DNA of 64,000 bases from Chlorokybus atmophyticus (taxonomy: Eukaryota > Plantae > Mesostigma and Chlorokybus algae): positions 216,486 to 280,485 of the forward strand of contig RHPI01002955.1 in the NCBI GenBank assembly GCA_009103225.1, given 5' to 3'. Shown piece by piece: positions 60,831 through 64,000 of this stretch; position 1 is the first letter of the stretch; each line of letters opens with the position of its first letter. The notes below the pieces were generated by a model. It had not been told where the DNA came from and searched no databases. It saw nothing but the letters and a program-made list of their open reading frames with translations. The position numbers and the translations under genes were made by a program.

Positions 60831-61559
60831 TCCATCTATCGACCCATAGCGACCCCCCAACATGAGTTGTGTGTTGCCTATAACTCGTGTGTGAGTTATA
60901 TGAGTTCATGAAGCGCATGACATGCGCGCCCATGATATCAAAAACTCGTTAATGAGTTATGAGACTCTTGTGCCCCCGAGTGCCCTAGGCACTTGGGGGC
61001 ACACGCATTCACTAGAGTGAGTTGTCAGTCACAAGCTCCTTATCTAGTCGCTTGAAACCCTAGCACGGTGGCGCCATCCTTGGTGTGGGTGGCGAGTGTG
61101 GTTTACTATTCAGGTGTACAGGCTTCTCAGGCTTCGACCTTTGCATCAGCGGCAATGGCGCCGTCACTAAGTCGAAGACCGAAGAAGCGCGTAACTTTCG
61201 CACATGCCGTGAAGAAATAGTTCCCAAAGTTGTAGCCTAGCACCCTAGTGCAGACGTTGTTTATAGGTCAGCTTGTATCTGTACACTTGCGCATTTGTAT
61301 TATGCTGCACTTGGGTGATGGGTGTAGCCACCGTGCTATTGACCCATAACGATCCCCCAGCATGAGCTGTGTGTCGCATATAACTCGTGTGTGAGTTCTC
61401 CTCGCCTAGGGCGATGCGCTCTTCAAGCCACCAAATAGAATGGTTGGACTCTATAAACCCCTTGGGTCTACTTGCTCGCCCGCAAGTGGGGCCCCTTTCA
61501 TGTTAACCATTTTGCCACAAACGCCAACACTGTTGTTAACGGTACTGGGCTAGGCTCCT

Positions 61560-62360
61560 TAGGTAAATTTCTATGATCATCTTCACCTTGACTATTACAG
61601 TCAACAGCCATTATGGCAGTTGTAGTTCACTATGGTCGATAATGACTTGGACCCTTGACTTTGGCTTTGACCGTTGATTTTTACATTGACTAGTGTTGAC
61701 TAGCACTCACTAGTGTACAATATATTTAAGATACTGTATGTTGTGCAATACAGTAAAATCCACTCTGCTCTACTTTTTAACGCCACTAGTGCGTGTGCAT
61801 TGCTACTACTGTGCAATCTCAATGGCGTATGTGCCAATACTAGCGCTTGTTGCACGATGCAAGTCTGCTAAAGAGTTGTGGCAAAAGTTTGCAGTTGTGT
61901 ATAATCAAAAATTATGCTAGGAAGTTGCAGTTGAGGAAGCAGTTAAATGCTTTGAGGAATTTCCTAAACTTGTCCTCAAGTTCATCTCGCGACCTAGGCA
62001 ATTGTGGGATGACTTGCTCGTCATTGGTCATAGAGCGAAGGAGGTGGAGGTCGTTTGGGCAATCCTCGCTGGCCTACCCAAGGAGTACGAGATTATTGTC
62101 ACCATGAAGTCATCTAGTGAGGAGTTCACCCTTAAAGCGGTCACCCCACGCATGTGACAAGTCGAAAACGGGCATGCACTTCACGCCATAATGATGCTGA
62201 AGCTGTGGCATTCATGACACAATCCAACCCACGCCCCAACAACAACAATAGTGGTGGGAAGAAGGAAACGCGTGCTTGCCAGTATTGCGACAAAAGGGAC
62301 ACCTGAAAAAGAATTGTCAAAAGTTGAAGCGCGATCAGCAACAAAAACAAGGTTTTGATA
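61560..62360 (+). pseudogene. Degenerate copia-like LTR plus gag remnant, truncated by the next element
   Basis: CKSAKELWQKF, RKLQLRKQLNALR and ILAGLPKEYEII; the LTR-like TTGACTAGTG repeats upstream are related to the family at 51042. Confidence 0.6.
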
Positions 62361-62364
62361 GGTA

Positions 62365-64000
62365 CGTTGAGAACTAGTGATGCGCCTAGTGTGTGTGTAT
62401 TTGCCTTCTACATACAAGTGTGCACACACTAACACAAGTGTAGCAAGCACGCCAACTATAGAGACAATGTGCGACCCACTGTATTAAGCAGTGTACAGTG
62501 TCTTATATACTATGCTACTAAGTACTAGTCAACACTAGTCAACTCTAGTCAAAGTCAACACTAGTCAACACTAGTCAATGGTCAAAGTCAATGGTCAAAG
62601 TCAAAATTGACCATGGTTGACCATAGTTGCCGTAACTGCCGTAACTCTCCTAACTCTCGTAACTCCTGTAACTGTAAAGGTTAAGCTGATCGTACCAACT
62701 AAATGTAGGCGCCGCCTATACATGTACTTTCAACAAGCTATACCATGTAATACTCCCACGCGAGCAGCTTGACCTTGAATTCCAAGTTCTTCTTGAAAGC
62801 TTACCCACATTAACTTACTCTATTGATCACTCCCATGGATGTGTTGCTCCCACGGACTTAATGCTTGTCTCCATGACACCATCCTTCTCCTTGTGTTGCT
62901 AGCAGGACTTCAAGGTTCCAATACTCCTTGTTTCCTCCTCATATTTGTCGTATCAGGTTCAACCACACCACGCCTAACCTTGCTCAGGTGGTTTTGAAGA
63001 CTCCCTCAATGGCAAACTATGCTAAAAACCACACTGAGTTCTCTACCTTAGCAATGCTGTACCAGAGTGTAGGCCGTGCAAGGGTTGATCAGACCCTTCA
63101 TCCAAGGAAAGCACCCCTCCCATCTCCTGTTAGCTAGCTATACAATTCAGTCCTTGCATGCCAATCAAATGAAGTATTCTAACCAGTACCGCACACCTGT
63201 GTGCTACCAGAAGAAACAACTCCACAGCAATGCAACCTCTAGTGTATGTAGCTCAACACCAGCAACAGATCATAGGCTAGCAGTAATTCTCACAGACCTT
63301 TATGTTTGCAACCTCCGTCTACACATGTCCTTCACGCCCTTGTAGTGGGAGAGGACGGACGAACACCATCCACTGCAACTCCTTGAGGTCCTCACCAATA
63401 TCAGAAAGCAATTGCCATCGTGGCGTGCTTCTCCTTGGTTGCCTCATCGTGGATCCTCTTTTGGCACTCGCGAATGAAGTGGCCCTTCATCTTGCAGTAG
63501 TGACACTCTTTGTCACGTGATGGCTTCCCACCCACTGCTTTGCTCCTGCTTCGTGTGTGTTCAGAAGATGAGGCGGCAAGTGCGATAGGTTCTCCACCAT
63601 TCTCTATCTCCTGAACATCCAACTTGCCTTCCACAGCTAGCAGCTTAGGCACTACATCAGCAAACTTCAAAACCACATCTGAGGACCCAAACACAGTCAC
63701 TAGCGTAGCAAAGCTCTTTCCTAAGCCAGCTAAGACTGCCCACAGGACCTCCTCTTCCTTCACATCGTGGCCCACTGCTGCAAGGTCTTGCCAAAGCTCC
63801 CTTGCACGCCAGATGTACTTCTGAATTGGCTTTTTGTGCTCCATCTTCAGAATTGTCAGCTTGCGTCTCAGCTACAACTTGCGCGAGTTGCTGTTGGCCT
63901 TAAGGAGGGTGTCGAAGACCTCCCACGCCTCACGTCTAGTTTTGCAATCCGCGATAAGAGGGAGATGGAAGTCTTTGGCGTGCAAGCCTATCAGCGTAAA
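62365..64000 (-). mobile_element. Gag-only copia-like element, running off the window (3' LTR 62365-62752)
   Basis: Gag: AWEVFDTLL...RKLTILKM...VLAGLGKSFATLVT...CHYCKMKGHFIREC (63401-64000), only about 650 bp from the LTR. Confidence 0.8.

Larger units (their letters stand above)
55311..61397 (+). mobile_element. Full-length split-direct-repeat tyrosine-recombinase retrotransposon (DIRS order, PAT-like), decayed
   Basis: A1 55311-55515, ORFs, B1 60841-60897, A2 60898-61102, B2 61341-61397; gag, RT, RNase H, MT and YR domains in that order. Confidence 0.9.

Overview
Eukaryotic genomic DNA, most likely from a green alga (inferred from the intron style, plastid-type TyrP and TadA genes, chromoviruses and a PAT-like element). 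1-30.1 kb is a compact, intron-rich region with ten spliced genes: a CUE plus F-box-like protein, an unknown beta-strand-rich protein, a TyrP-family permease, TadA, a SnoaL/NTF2-like protein, a low-complexity protein, the DEAD-box helicase RRP3/DDX47, a very divergent TPK-like channel, an EEF1AKMT4-like methyltransferase and a sulfotransferase. An intergenic block at 13.4-19.5 kb holds a MITE-like element and polarised GTAAC arrays. From 31.8 kb to the end is a nested transposon cluster that can be resolved by target-site duplications (TSDs). It contains an old Ty3/gypsy chromovirus, a young integrase-less chromovirus, a split-direct-repeat tyrosine-recombinase retrotransposon with a deleted derivative, gag-only copia-like elements with solo LTRs, and seven copies (one partial) of three families of about 0.5 kb TRIMs. 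The most striking system is the TRIMs: in all three families the LTR end, PBS and adjacent internal sequence rebuild a tRNA-like Pol III promoter (A box in the LTR, B box after the PBS), with a hairpin and a T4 run at the tRNA-like 5' end. All alignments and splice models were made by eye, and no database search was run.
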